DNA of 64,000 nt from an uncultured Ignavibacteriaceae bacterium (GTDB lineage Bacteria > Bacteroidota > Ignavibacteria > Ignavibacteriales > Ignavibacteriaceae): positions 1,638 to 65,637 of the forward strand of contig CAZQQD010000001.1 of the NCBI GenBank assembly GCA_964595355.1. Direction: 5' to 3'. Each line of letters opens with the position of its first letter. Within the stretch, counting starts at the first letter, position 1. The notes under the pieces are model-generated. The model did not search any database, was not told the origin of the DNA, and saw only the letters and a list, made by a program, of their open reading frames with translations. Both the position numbers and the translations under genes were made by a program. This document shows, one piece after another, positions 9,480 to 19,170 of the stretch.

Positions 9480-10910
9480 ATGCTGAACAATATCCAGGAA
9501 TTTTACAATATACTACCTTATATAATTTTAGGCGGCGGAATATTAATTTCACTTGTTATAGAAATGTATTGGTCAAAAAGTGAAATTGTTTTGCCATGGT
9601 TTTCAATTATAATTTTTGTAATTGCCGGTTTTTATTCTTTATCAACTGTTAGTAAAGTTTCTGTTGTTTTCCAGAATATGCTGGCAACAGGTGGTGATGT
9701 AAATATTTTCTATTTCATATTTACTTTTGGTGCTGCTATAATTTGTTTACTTTCTATTGATTATTTGAAAAAATATGGTACTTATTTCGGCGAATTCTAT
9801 ATTTTGCTTCAAACTTCTGTTATGGGTATGATGTTCATGGCAGGTGCTAAAGATCTTTTTATGATCTTCCTCGGTCTGGAATTAATGTCAATTTCATTTT
9901 ATGCTCTTGCAGGGTTGAACCGAAAAAGCCTTAAAGCTAATGAAGCATCCCTGAAATATTTTTTACTTGGTGCTTTTGCTACAGGATTTATTGTTTATGG
10001 AATAGCCTTTATTTATGGCACTGCACAATCAACTTCGATAGAGATTATTGTTGGTAGATTTGGAGAGTTATCTCATAATTTATTGTTTATTACAGGTGTT
10101 TTATTATTCCTGATTGGATTTTCTTTTAAGATTGCGGCTTTCCCGTTTCATATGTGGGTACCTGATGTTTATGAAGGATCATCAACAACTGTTGCAGGAT
10201 TGTTTTCAACCGGAGGAAAAGCTGCTGCTTTTGCTGCAATCATAGTTACGCTTGGTTCTATTTTTAATGGAATTGATCATAATATCTTTGAGCCATACCT
10301 TGCTGTTATTGCTGTGCTATCGATGTTATTTGGAAGCATAGTTGCAATTTCTCAGAACAATGTAAAAAGAATGCTTGCATATTCTTCAATTGCACACGCG
10401 GGCTATATGTTAATTGGACTTGCAGCAGGTAATTATGAAGGAATTGCAGGAATTATTTTTTATCTCGCAGCTTATACTTTTATGAACTTAGGTGCTTTTG
10501 GAATAGTTGCAATGATCGAAGGAAAGGATGAAACAAACCTTACTTTTGATTCTTATTCCGGACTGGCTTCGCGACAACCGCTATTAGCAGCAATGCTATC
10601 ACTTTTTATGTTTTCACTTGCAGGCATACCACCATTTGCAGGATTCTTCGGCAAGTATTATGTCTTTATAGCAGCTATTAAAGCTAATTTAACCTGGTTG
10701 GCAATAGTCGGAGTTATTTCAAGCGTAATCAGTGTATATTTCTATCTCAGGATTGTTGTTCTGATGTACTTTAAAGATGCTGAATTGGAGGTAAAAGTTG
10801 AAGAAAGTAATACAGGATTGCTCGCTGTAATGATATCTGTACTATTGGTTATAGTAATTGGAATTGCTCCGGGATCACTCATCAACCTTATCTCATCCTT
10901 CTTGAAATAG
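9480..10910 (+). CDS. nuoN: NADH-quinone oxidoreductase subunit N
   Basis: 476 aa with FKIAAFPFHMWVPDVYEGSSTTV and MLAYSSIAHAGYML. Confidence 0.9.
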   Translation: MLNNIQEFYNILPYIILGGGILISLVIEMYWSKSEIVLPWFSIIIFVIAGFYSLSTVSKVSVVFQNMLATGGDVNIFYFIFTFGAAIICLLSIDYLKKYGTYFGEFYILLQTSVMGMMFMAGAKDLFMIFLGLELMSISFYALAGLNRKSLKANEASLKYFLLGAFATGFIVYGIAFIYGTAQSTSIEIIVGRFGELSHNLLFITGVLLFLIGFSFKIAAFPFHMWVPDVYEGSSTTVAGLFSTGGKAAAFAAIIVTLGSIFNGIDHNIFEPYLAVIAVLSMLFGSIVAISQNNVKRMLAYSSIAHAGYMLIGLAAGNYEGIAGIIFYLAAYTFMNLGAFGIVAMIEGKDETNLTFDSYSGLASRQPLLAAMLSLFMFSLAGIPPFAGFFGKYYVFIAAIKANLTWLAIVGVISSVISVYFYLRIVVLMYFKDAELEVKVEESNTGLLAVMISVLLVIVIGIAPGSLINLISSFLK

Positions 10911-10912
10911 TT

Positions 10913-10949
10913 AACAATAATTTGTATAAATTATTATTGTTGATTTTTT
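10913..10949 (+). terminator. weak AT-rich hairpin plus T-run after nuoN
   Basis: AACAATAAT (10913-10921) pairs with ATTATTGTT (10933-10941) across an 11-nt loop, followed by GATTTTTT. The stem is nearly all A/T, so stability is low. Confidence 0.3.
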
Positions 10950-10986
10950 CCTGTGTAAAAAAGTTTACTTTTTAGAAAGTCAAATT

Positions 10987-12552
10987 ATGATACCACTTTA
11001 TTCAACAAGACAAATTCGCGAGATAGATAATTTTGCTATCAAAGAGCTTGAAGTTCCATCAATCGTGCTGATGGAAAATTCCGCCGTACAAATCTATGAT
11101 ATAATTGAAAATGAAATACTGACTTCCAGGCAAGTTAAAAAAGTAGGTGCAGTTTGCGGGAAAGGGAATAATGGTGGTGATGGTTTTGCGCTTCTTAGGC
11201 ATTTTGCCAACAAAGGTTTTAGCTTAAGTGTATTGCATGTCGGAAAAGAAAATGAAATGTCTGAGGATTGTAGAGTTAATTTCAGGATTCTAAAAAAAAT
11301 GACTGAAGAAAATTCCAAAATTACAATTAGGGAATTTAATTCTTTGAAGGATCTTGGTTTGCTTGCAAGATCAGAAATTATTATGGATTGCATGCTAGGT
11401 AGCGGAGCAAGGGGGGAGTTGAGAGAACCATATAAAGGTATTGTCGAAGCTCTGAATAAGCTTAAAACTATACGTGTAGCTATTGATATTCCAACAGGAC
11501 TTGATGCTGATCTTGGATTCGGTGAAACAATATTCAATTCGGATTTAACAATAACACTTGGTGAATTCAAAAAAGGTCTATTTATCCAGGATGGATACAC
11601 AAATTGTGGAAAAATAGTAAAAGGCGAGATTGGAATTGATCTTGGATATTATGAAAAATTGGCCGCAAATGATTTCCTGATTGAACCGGAAGATGTATTT
11701 GAATTTCTACCAGATAAAAAGAAAAACATTCATAAGTATTCTGCAGGCAAAGTTTTTACAATTGCAGGTTCGGGTAGTTTCCCGGGAGCGGCGATGTTGT
11801 CTTCTATGGCTGTATTAAAAGCTGGGGCTGGGGCATCTGTACTGGCTTTCCCTAAGTCTATAAGGAATTTGATCTTTAAAAGAGCAAGTGGGTTGGTAGT
11901 CCAGTCTTATCAGGACAATGAAAAAGAATATTTGTGTGAAAATAATATCAAAGAATTAAATCAAAGAATTAAATGGGCCGATGTGACAGCAATAGGACCT
12001 GGTTTAGGAAGAGATAAAGAAACACAAACATCTGTTCTAAGAATTTTAGAAGAAAGGAAATGTAAAAAATATGTAGTAGATGCTGATGCAATTTTTGCAC
12101 TTGGTAGTGGAAAATACGAAGAACTTAACCTTGAAAATTTTGTTTTAACGCCTCACCAGAGAGAGTTTGCAAATTTAATAGATGTAAATATTAATGAGCT
12201 TAGAAAAAATATTTTTAAATATGGAAAAAACTTTGTTACAAAGACGGGATCTTATTTAGTCCTAAAAGGTGCACCAACAATTATTTTTACTCCGGAAGGT
12301 GACGCCCTTATAAACTCAACAGGTAATCCAGGAATGGCAAAATTTGGTGTAGGAGATGTATTAACCGGTGTGATTGCTGGCTTAATGTCTCAGCAAAAAA
12401 ATATTGATAAGTCAGTCATAGCTGGGGTCTATTTACATAGTCTTGCTGCTGATCTTTTACTAAAAAGTAAAACTGAATTTTCATTTACTGCTGAGGATAT
12501 AACTAAATCATTACCATCGGCATTTAATTTCTTAAGGAGATCGTTTGCTTAA
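10987..12552 (+). CDS. nnr: bifunctional NAD(P)H-hydrate repair enzyme (epimerase / ADP-dependent dehydratase)
   Basis: 521 aa. The YjeF N-terminal domain carries GKGNNGGDGFAL. The C-terminal carbohydrate-kinase-like domain carries GPGLGRD and GVGDVLTG. Confidence 0.85.
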   Translation: MIPLYSTRQIREIDNFAIKELEVPSIVLMENSAVQIYDIIENEILTSRQVKKVGAVCGKGNNGGDGFALLRHFANKGFSLSVLHVGKENEMSEDCRVNFRILKKMTEENSKITIREFNSLKDLGLLARSEIIMDCMLGSGARGELREPYKGIVEALNKLKTIRVAIDIPTGLDADLGFGETIFNSDLTITLGEFKKGLFIQDGYTNCGKIVKGEIGIDLGYYEKLAANDFLIEPEDVFEFLPDKKKNIHKYSAGKVFTIAGSGSFPGAAMLSSMAVLKAGAGASVLAFPKSIRNLIFKRASGLVVQSYQDNEKEYLCENNIKELNQRIKWADVTAIGPGLGRDKETQTSVLRILEERKCKKYVVDADAIFALGSGKYEELNLENFVLTPHQREFANLIDVNINELRKNIFKYGKNFVTKTGSYLVLKGAPTIIFTPEGDALINSTGNPGMAKFGVGDVLTGVIAGLMSQQKNIDKSVIAGVYLHSLAADLLLKSKTEFSFTAEDITKSLPSAFNFLRRSFA

Positions 12553-12946
12553 CTATTTACAGAACCATAAGAGTTTTCTAATCTATTATCCACTCATAAT
12601 ATATTGGGGGGTGTTGTTGTTTTTTACATCACTTCCCGGTGCAGACTTCCCTGATCTTAGTGTAAGTGATAAAATAGAACATATTCTGGCTTTTTGGGGA
12701 TTGGCAATTTTGTTAAAGCTTGCTTTAATAATACAAAATAAATATTCGAATCTGAAAAAACATTCTTCATTATATACTTTACTAATAATTGGAACCTATG
12801 CTGCCTTGGATGAACTTCACCAACTTTATATTCCGGGGCGTAGTTGCGATATTTTAGATTGGACAGCAGATATTTCTGGAGCATTGTTAGCTGTATTGTT
12901 GATTTCACTAATTATTAAATATTCTTCATCAAAGTTGGTGGAATAG
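12545..12946 (+). CDS. VanZ-like small membrane protein
   Basis: 133 aa with 4 hydrophobic segments and a LDELHQLYIPGRSCDILDW motif typical of the VanZ family. It overlaps the nnr stop by 8 nt. Confidence 0.55.
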   Translation: MLNYLQNHKSFLIYYPLIIYWGVLLFFTSLPGADFPDLSVSDKIEHILAFWGLAILLKLALIIQNKYSNLKKHSSLYTLLIIGTYAALDELHQLYIPGRSCDILDWTADISGALLAVLLISLIIKYSSSKLVE

Positions 12947-13017
12947 GACAAATTTAAGTACTGATCTTTAGGGAACAGTTTACCAAACAAGAGGTAAAAT
13001 AAGTAGAGTCTTTTAAG

Positions 13018-13046
13018 TTGACAAAAAATATACCATTTAGTAAATT
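13018..13046 (+). promoter_or_regulatory. sigma70-like promoter of tonB (TTGACA-N17-TAAATT)
   Basis: TTGACA at 13018-13023, a 17-nt spacer, and TAAATT at 13041-13046. An AAGGAGG Shine-Dalgarno follows just before the ATG at 13083. Confidence 0.45.
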
Positions 13047-13082
13047 AAAGCAGATTTATTTGACTATAAGGAGGTGCTTTAA

Positions 13083-13733
13083 ATGGCCCTGAAAAAGAAT
13101 CCTAAAGCTGATTTAAGAAGCAAATACAGTAAGTTTTTTGAAATCAGTTTAATAACTTCACTTGCTTTGTTGATAGTTGCATTTAAATTCTTTCCGCATA
13201 TAACGCCTGAAAAGAAAATTGCAACTGATACGCAAGAATTGTTCAATGTGGAAGATGTACAGCAAACTAAGCAAGAGAACAGACCTCCTCCTCCTCCAAA
13301 ACCACCGATTCCTATCGAGGCACCTACAGATAACGTTCTTAACGATATTGATATAAGTTCAACCGAACTTGATGTAAATGCGAATGTTGAAGCTCCGCCC
13401 CCTCCAAGAGAAGAAAAGGAAGAGGAACCGACTTATTTTGTTGCAGTTGAAGAAATGCCTGAACCAATAGGAGGAATAGCTGCTATTCAGGCAAAAATTG
13501 TATACCCTGAAATAGCTAAAAGGGCTGGTGTTGAAGGAAGAGTATATATTAATGCTTTTGTTGATGAACATGGTAACGTAACCAAGGCTGTAGTTCTAAA
13601 AGGAATTGGAGCCGGCTGTGATGAAGCAGCATTAAAAGCTGTAAAAGAAACGAAATTTAAGCCTGGTAAACAGAGGGGCAAACCAGTGAAAGTACAGGTT
13701 TCTGTTCCGGTCATATTCAGACTTAATAATTGA
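13083..13733 (+). CDS. tonB: energy transducer TonB
   Basis: 216 aa with an N-terminal anchor helix, a Pro-rich linker (RPPPPPKPPIPIEAP...APPPPREE) and a C-terminal TonB domain (YPEIAKRAGVEGRVYINAFVDEHGNV...KFKPGKQRGKPV). Confidence 0.8.
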   Translation: MALKKNPKADLRSKYSKFFEISLITSLALLIVAFKFFPHITPEKKIATDTQELFNVEDVQQTKQENRPPPPPKPPIPIEAPTDNVLNDIDISSTELDVNANVEAPPPPREEKEEEPTYFVAVEEMPEPIGGIAAIQAKIVYPEIAKRAGVEGRVYINAFVDEHGNVTKAVVLKGIGAGCDEAALKAVKETKFKPGKQRGKPVKVQVSVPVIFRLNN

Positions 13734-13756
13734 TTTTTTTATTTATAAAAAAATTA

Positions 13757-13790
13757 AAGGCACTCAACTCTGAGTGCCTTTTTATTTTTT
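13757..13790 (+). terminator. rho-independent terminator after tonB
   Basis: AAAGGCACTCA (13757-13767), loop ACT, TGAGTGCCTTT (13771-13781), followed by a T-run. Confidence 0.65.
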
Positions 13791-13959
13791 AAAAATTAAG
13801 AATTTAATTCCTTATTTTTAATTAATAGTAATCATTCCTTGCAGAGATAGACATATTTGGCTAATTTTAAAAGCATTCTTTTTAGTAAAATTATTGCAGT
13901 TATGTACATACTTATAATAATATTCAGATACTATTGCTCCTAAACTTTGCCTTTCTTAA

Positions 13960-14994
13960 ATGATTAAATGGAACAAGCATATTGATAATAGATGGAAATT
14001 AGTAAGTGTAGTTATTTCTATTATTATACTTGATTTACTTTTCCTTTATTACATCAAATACAAAAACCAGGGGCTCCCGCTTAGCGATATTAATTTTATT
14101 TATACTGGTAATTTACTGAATCTCATCTTTGTTCTAATTTTAATTGTGGGTATTATTTTTTATTCTTTTAATGAAAAAAATATATATAATCCCAGGTTAC
14201 TGATATTCTACACAGCTTTAATAACTTTTTCACTTCTCTTTGCCGAATTTTATGTCTGGGTAAAGATTCCTGTTCCCGATTATTTTATACTAGAGCATCC
14301 ACTAAAAGATGTCTTAAAAGGAATTTTGTTTACTATTTATCAGTTAATAGTATTTATGTTCATTTCTGCAGTCTGGATTACTTTTCTTGGAAGGAAAGAA
14401 TTGTTAATTTTAAGAACTGTAATTAATTCCATAATTATAGCAACGCTCTTACTTGTAGTTGCATTTTTTCATTTGAGCTCAGACGTTGAAAAAAACTTTG
14501 CCAAAAATTATACTGGAAATGCAAAGTTTGTAGGAGTGGTAATGGGGGCAGCAGTCTGGTCAAACAATCAACCAAGCCCGAGCCTGGCCTCACGAGCGGA
14601 TATGGCAGCAGAACTGTATAAAAATGGAATATTGAAAAAAATCCAGGTGACAGGAGGGCACGCCCCGGGCGAACTAAGTGAAGCTGAAGTTGCGTATCAT
14701 TATTTAAAATTAAAAAATATTGATTCAACAAATATTTGGATAGAAAATAAAACAGCTTCAACCAGCGAGCAGATAAGATTTATAAAAAATGAACTTATGC
14801 TTAAAAAGCATTTAAACAATATCATTATCATTTCTGATTCTTATCATTTAGCAAGGATAAAAGAGATTTGTAAATTTTATAAAATTGAGGCACGGTTTGC
14901 TCCTTCCGAAATGAATTTAAGTTTTGATAGTAAAATATATTACAGGTTCAGGGAAAGTATTGCCCTACTTGTGTTTTGGTTCTTCGCATTATAA
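13960..14994 (+). CDS. membrane protein with C-terminal DUF218 (YdcF/ElyC/SanA-like) domain
   Basis: 344 aa. The N-terminal half has about 6 TM segments. The C-terminal half carries VVMGAAVWSNNQPSPSLASRADMAAELYKNG...VTGG and ISDSYHLARI, as in the DUF218 family. Confidence 0.6.
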   Translation: MIKWNKHIDNRWKLVSVVISIIILDLLFLYYIKYKNQGLPLSDINFIYTGNLLNLIFVLILIVGIIFYSFNEKNIYNPRLLIFYTALITFSLLFAEFYVWVKIPVPDYFILEHPLKDVLKGILFTIYQLIVFMFISAVWITFLGRKELLILRTVINSIIIATLLLVVAFFHLSSDVEKNFAKNYTGNAKFVGVVMGAAVWSNNQPSPSLASRADMAAELYKNGILKKIQVTGGHAPGELSEAEVAYHYLKLKNIDSTNIWIENKTASTSEQIRFIKNELMLKKHLNNIIIISDSYHLARIKEICKFYKIEARFAPSEMNLSFDSKIYYRFRESIALLVFWFFAL

Positions 14995-15010
14995 AAAACA
15001 GGTGAATAAA

Positions 15011-16123
15011 ATGATTAAATTCGAAACATTACAAGAATATGGTCACGAGCAAGTAGTTTACTGCTACAATAAGGAAGCAGGTTTAAGAGCGATTATAGCT
15101 ATTCATAATACTACATTAGGTCCCGCACTTGGCGGTACTAGGATGTGGAATTATAAAAGTGACGAAGATGCTTTGAGAGATGTACTAAGATTATCTAGAG
15201 GGATGACTTATAAAGCCGCGGTTTCCGGATTGAATCTTGGTGGTGGCAAAGCTGTAATTATTGGAGACTCTGCTACTCAAAAGAATGAATTATTATTCAG
15301 AACCTTTGGAAAGTTTATTGAAGGTCTTGCCGGACGATACATCACTGCAGAGGATGTAGGCACTTCAGTTAAGGATATGGAATTTGTCAGAATGGAAACC
15401 AAATACGTTACCGGAATTTCGAAGGCACTTGGCGGTTCGGGTGATCCATCGCCGGTGACAGCTTATGGGGTCTATGTAGGAATCAAGGCTTGTGCAAAAT
15501 ATAAATGGGGTGATGATTCACTAAAAGGGAAAAAGATAGCAGTACAGGGTGCTGGGCACGTTGCAAGTTATCTGTGTGAACATTTATATAATGAAGGAGC
15601 CGATATCTTTTTAACCGATATTAATGAAGATAAAATTAAACGTACTTTGGAAACTGTGAAAGCTCAGGTTGTAAAACCTGAAGAAATTTATGATGTAGAT
15701 GCCGATATATTTTCACCGAATGCTTTAGGGGCTATAATTAATGATAATACAATAGAAAGAATAAAAGCAGAAATTATTGCCGGTGGTGCAAATAATCAAT
15801 TGGAAGTTGAAAATATACACGGTCCAAAGTTGGTCAAAAAAGGAGTTGTTTATGCTCCCGATTATGTCATTAATGCGGGCGGGTTAATTAATGTTGCAAA
15901 TGAACTTGAAGGTTACAGGCAGGATAGAGCTCTGAAACAAGCCGAAGGAATTTACGATGTTATTATGAAAATCCTGAAAACATCTGAAGAAAAAAAGATC
16001 CCTACTTATGAAGCTTCTAATAAAATTGCTGAGGAAAGATTAGTACAGGTTGGTAGGATTAGCAATATTTACACAGGCAGATCTTATTTCTCCGGTCGTT
16101 TAAGTGAGATAATAAAAAGATAA
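15011..16123 (+). CDS. ldh: leucine (branched-chain amino acid) dehydrogenase, Glu/Leu/Phe/Val dehydrogenase family
   Basis: MIKFETLQEYGHEQVVYCYNKEAGLRAIIAIHNTTLGPALGGTRMW, catalytic-Lys region LNLGGGKAVIIGD, and Rossmann motif VQGAGHVASYL. The ORF-track start at 14924 overlaps the previous gene by 71 nt; the ATG at 15011 gives a normal N-terminus. Confidence 0.8.
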   Translation: MIKFETLQEYGHEQVVYCYNKEAGLRAIIAIHNTTLGPALGGTRMWNYKSDEDALRDVLRLSRGMTYKAAVSGLNLGGGKAVIIGDSATQKNELLFRTFGKFIEGLAGRYITAEDVGTSVKDMEFVRMETKYVTGISKALGGSGDPSPVTAYGVYVGIKACAKYKWGDDSLKGKKIAVQGAGHVASYLCEHLYNEGADIFLTDINEDKIKRTLETVKAQVVKPEEIYDVDADIFSPNALGAIINDNTIERIKAEIIAGGANNQLEVENIHGPKLVKKGVVYAPDYVINAGGLINVANELEGYRQDRALKQAEGIYDVIMKILKTSEEKKIPTYEASNKIAEERLVQVGRISNIYTGRSYFSGRLSEIIKR

Positions 16124-16167
16124 TAAATTATATCTTATTTTTTTGTTCTTTAATTTTTTCATTTAAT

Positions 16168-16650
16168 ATGTCACAATTATCCAAACGTAGAATTGTAAGA
16201 GAAAAGGTATTGCAGATTCTTTATGCTTATGAAATGAATGAGGATTCTCTGCAAGCACATATTGAGAATATACTTACAGACACCTCCAATAAAGCTGATA
16301 GAGAATTTGCTGAAGATCTTGTAAGTCGCGTGATAATTCATCAGAATGAATTAGATGAAAAAATTAGATCCAGAGTTGCAAACTGGGAGATGAACCGGAT
16401 CGCTCTTATTGACAAATTGCTATTGAGGATGGGTATCTGCGAGATACTATATTTCGAAGATATTCCACCGAAGGTTTCAATAAATGAGTCCATAGAAATT
16501 GCAAAGGAGTTTAGTACGTCAGGGAGTGGAAAATTCATAAATGGAATTCTTGATGCTATTTTATCACAACTGAAAGATTCTAAATCGTTAAAGAAAACAG
16601 GAAGGGGATTAGTAGAAGAAACAATTTCAAAACCTACCCAAAAGAAATAG
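16168..16650 (+). CDS. nusB: transcription antitermination factor NusB
   Basis: 160 aa with RRIVREKVLQILYAYEM and INESIEIAKEFSTSGSGKFINGILDAI. Confidence 0.85.
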   Translation: MSQLSKRRIVREKVLQILYAYEMNEDSLQAHIENILTDTSNKADREFAEDLVSRVIIHQNELDEKIRSRVANWEMNRIALIDKLLLRMGICEILYFEDIPPKVSINESIEIAKEFSTSGSGKFINGILDAILSQLKDSKSLKKTGRGLVEETISKPTQKK

Positions 16651-16654
16651 TTTA

Positions 16655-17905
16655 ATGAAAGAAAAAGGCAGAATTATAAGCTGGTCATTTTTTGATTTTG
16701 CCAATACCGCCTTTTCTGTAATTGTAGTTACTGTTATCTATTCAAAATATTTTACCAATATTGTTGCCGGAGGTCAAAAATGGCTTTGGGGCCTTGCGGT
16801 TAGTATTTCGATGATATTTGCTGCAATGCTTAGTCCGCCAATGGGAGCAATTGCTGATGTTTCCCATAATAGAAAAAGATTTCTTTTATTGTTCACTCTG
16901 GTTTCGATAATTTGTACTGCTTTAATGTTTTTTGTACAGAAGGGAGATATACTATTAGGGATAGTTCTGTTTATTTTTGCAAATGTAGGTTTTGAAGCAG
17001 GGTTGGTGTTTTATGATGCTTTCCTTCCGAATCTGACATCTAAGAAAAATTATGGTAGAGTATCAGGCTATGGATTCGCTATGGGATATCTAGGTGCACT
17101 CGTAGTATTATTGATTGTCATGTATTTGTTACCTGATCAGTCTGTACCCACGTATTATTTTTATATCCGCTTTTCTTTTGTTATAGCTGCATTGTTTTTC
17201 CTTTTTTTCTCAATTCCGTTGTTTGTTTTTGTAAGTGAGCCAAAGATTGAAAATCCTGTTACAAAAGGGTTAATTAAGAATGGAGTTAAGAAAAGCTTTG
17301 ACACTTTGAAAGCTCTTTTTATTAAAAATGAATATCCCTCTGTCCGAAGATTTCTTTTTGCGTTTTTCCTCTATAATGATGCAATAATTACAATCATTGC
17401 TTTTGCTTCTATCTTCGCAACTAACATTTTAAAGATGACGGACGCAGAGATAATTTATTTCTTTGTAATTGTGCAAAGCACGGCGGTAGCTGGTTCATTT
17501 ATTTTTGGAATAGTCTCCGATCATATTGGGCCAAAAAAGACAATTACAATAACTATTATTATATGGCTTGTGGTAATAATCGGAGCTTATTTTGTGAATG
17601 CCATTTCAGAATTTTACGTTATTGGATTACTGGCGGGTCTTTCAATTGGTTCATCCCAATCGTGTAGCAGAAGTTTAATGGCTCTTCTCACACCTAAGGA
17701 AAGAGAAGCTGAATTTTTTGGCTTTTATGATGGATTATTTGGTAAATCTTCGGCAGTAATTGGACCTTTATTTTATGGGATTATTTCAGACATATCCAAC
17801 GAGCGCGTTGCAGCGTTGGCAATAGGGCTATTTTTTGTAATTGGTCTGATCATTTTACAGAAAGTTAAAGAGCCTGAATTTAAAATTAGTAATAAAGCTT
17901 CTTAA
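16655..17905 (+). CDS. MFS transporter (UMF1/Atg22-like)
   Basis: 416 aa with about 12 TM segments and an N-terminal WSFFDFANTAFSVIV motif typical of the UMF1 subfamily. Confidence 0.7.
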   Translation: MKEKGRIISWSFFDFANTAFSVIVVTVIYSKYFTNIVAGGQKWLWGLAVSISMIFAAMLSPPMGAIADVSHNRKRFLLLFTLVSIICTALMFFVQKGDILLGIVLFIFANVGFEAGLVFYDAFLPNLTSKKNYGRVSGYGFAMGYLGALVVLLIVMYLLPDQSVPTYYFYIRFSFVIAALFFLFFSIPLFVFVSEPKIENPVTKGLIKNGVKKSFDTLKALFIKNEYPSVRRFLFAFFLYNDAIITIIAFASIFATNILKMTDAEIIYFFVIVQSTAVAGSFIFGIVSDHIGPKKTITITIIIWLVVIIGAYFVNAISEFYVIGLLAGLSIGSSQSCSRSLMALLTPKEREAEFFGFYDGLFGKSSAVIGPLFYGIISDISNERVAALAIGLFFVIGLIILQKVKEPEFKISNKAS

Positions 17906-19056
17906 ATTTTTTTTAACTTTTCAGCAGCTTGTAATAAAACTTCATCTCTTTTAGCAAAACAAACCCTGATTATTTTTCTGCTTTTATCTATAGTACAAAA
18001 GGGTGAAATGGGAATTACAGTTACACCTATTTCTTTTGTTAAATAGGTCGAGAAATCCATATCATTTAATTCTGAAATCTCAGAATAATCCAGGATTTGA
18101 AAGTAAGTACCACTAGTAGGAGTAATTTTAAATTTTGATTCCTTTAATGATGAAATTAACAAATCACGTTTTGATTGATAGAAAGAATTTAACGATAAAT
18201 AATGTTCCGGCTTATTTAGGTAATCAGCATATGCATATTGAATAGGGGTATTTACAGCAAACACGATGAACTGATGAATCTTTCTAAATTCTTCTGTTAA
18301 AGTTTTTGGCGCTGTGCAATATCCTATCTTCCATCCGGTTGTGTGATACGTTTTCCCAAAAGAAGATATTACAAATGATCTTTGTGATAATTCTTCTGAT
18401 TGACAAAGACTAAAATGTTTCTGCCCATCAAAAATAATGTGCTCATAAACTTCATCACTCACTAAAATAATTTTCGTATTTCGTGTAATCTCTTCCAAGA
18501 CTTTAATATCAGATTCATTTAAAACACTGCCAGTCGGGTTGTGAGGTGAATTAATTATTATCATTTTTGTTCTTTCAGAAATAGAATCTTTTACGCTCTG
18601 CCAATCAAATGAAAAGTCTTTTCCCAATGATACAAACTTTGGAGTGCCGCCATTCATTAAAACTACCGGGGAATAAGAATCATACGCTGGTTCAATAATT
18701 ATTACTTCGTCTCCACTTTTAATAATAGCTGTAATTGCAGTAAAAAGAGCTTGTGTAGCTCCTGCAGTTATTGTTATTTCATCGTTATAATCATATCCTT
18801 TTTTATATAATTTTTTAATCTTTTGGGCAATCCTTTCTCTTAATTGTTGAACTCCGGGCATAGGTGCATATTGGTTAAAACCTTCTTTTTGATATTTATT
18901 AACTAAAATAATCAGTTCTTCGGAACAGTTAAAGTCAGGGAATCCTTGTGAGAGATTAATTGCATTATAATCCAATGCCATTTTTGACATTATTGCAAAT
19001 ATGCTAAGCCCCAAACCAGATAATTTTGAATCGTGTATGAAGTTTTTTGATGACAT
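17902..19056 (-). CDS. class I/II PLP-dependent aminotransferase (YbdL/methionine aminotransferase-like)
   Basis: 384 aa with NLSQGFPDF, INSPHNPTG and the PLP-lysine context SSFGKTYHTTGWKIGY. Confidence 0.8.
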   Translation of the reverse strand: MSSKNFIHDSKLSGLGLSIFAIMSKMALDYNAINLSQGFPDFNCSEELIILVNKYQKEGFNQYAPMPGVQQLRERIAQKIKKLYKKGYDYNDEITITAGATQALFTAITAIIKSGDEVIIIEPAYDSYSPVVLMNGGTPKFVSLGKDFSFDWQSVKDSISERTKMIIINSPHNPTGSVLNESDIKVLEEITRNTKIILVSDEVYEHIIFDGQKHFSLCQSEELSQRSFVISSFGKTYHTTGWKIGYCTAPKTLTEEFRKIHQFIVFAVNTPIQYAYADYLNKPEHYLSLNSFYQSKRDLLISSLKESKFKITPTSGTYFQILDYSEISELNDMDFSTYLTKEIGVTVIPISPFCTIDKSRKIIRVCFAKRDEVLLQAAEKLKKI

Positions 19057-19170
19057 ATATATGTAAAGGATTTAACCGGAATAATTAACTATAATAAATA
19101 TTAGTAAAATTTATTAGAAATGATAGAACCTTTAACCGAGGGGAAAATTAGTGGCATAAAGAAATATTGT

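Noticed and set aside
11094-11600. 168-aa antisense ORF inside nnr, and similar long antisense ORFs (5506-5811, 46697-47095, 43545-43871, 14435-14761, 55390-55683)
   Set aside because: Each is fully embedded opposite a gene with strong family motifs. Their translations are low-complexity (Ser, Pro, Ile, Phe rich) with no motifs. Such ORFs are typical of AT-rich genomes, where stop codons are rare on the antisense of some frames.
13264-13410. CCT/CCA-rich repetitive DNA
   Set aside because: It encodes the proline-rich TonB periplasmic linker (PPPPPKPPIP, APPPP). This is an expected protein feature, not a DNA repeat element.
14924-15010. N-terminal extension of leucine dehydrogenase overlapping the DUF218 gene by 71 nt
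   Set aside because: The extension (MIVKYITGSGKVLPYLCFGSSHYKKQVNK) is not part of the Glu/Leu/Phe/Val dehydrogenase fold. ATG 15011 gives the canonical N-terminus and removes the overlap.
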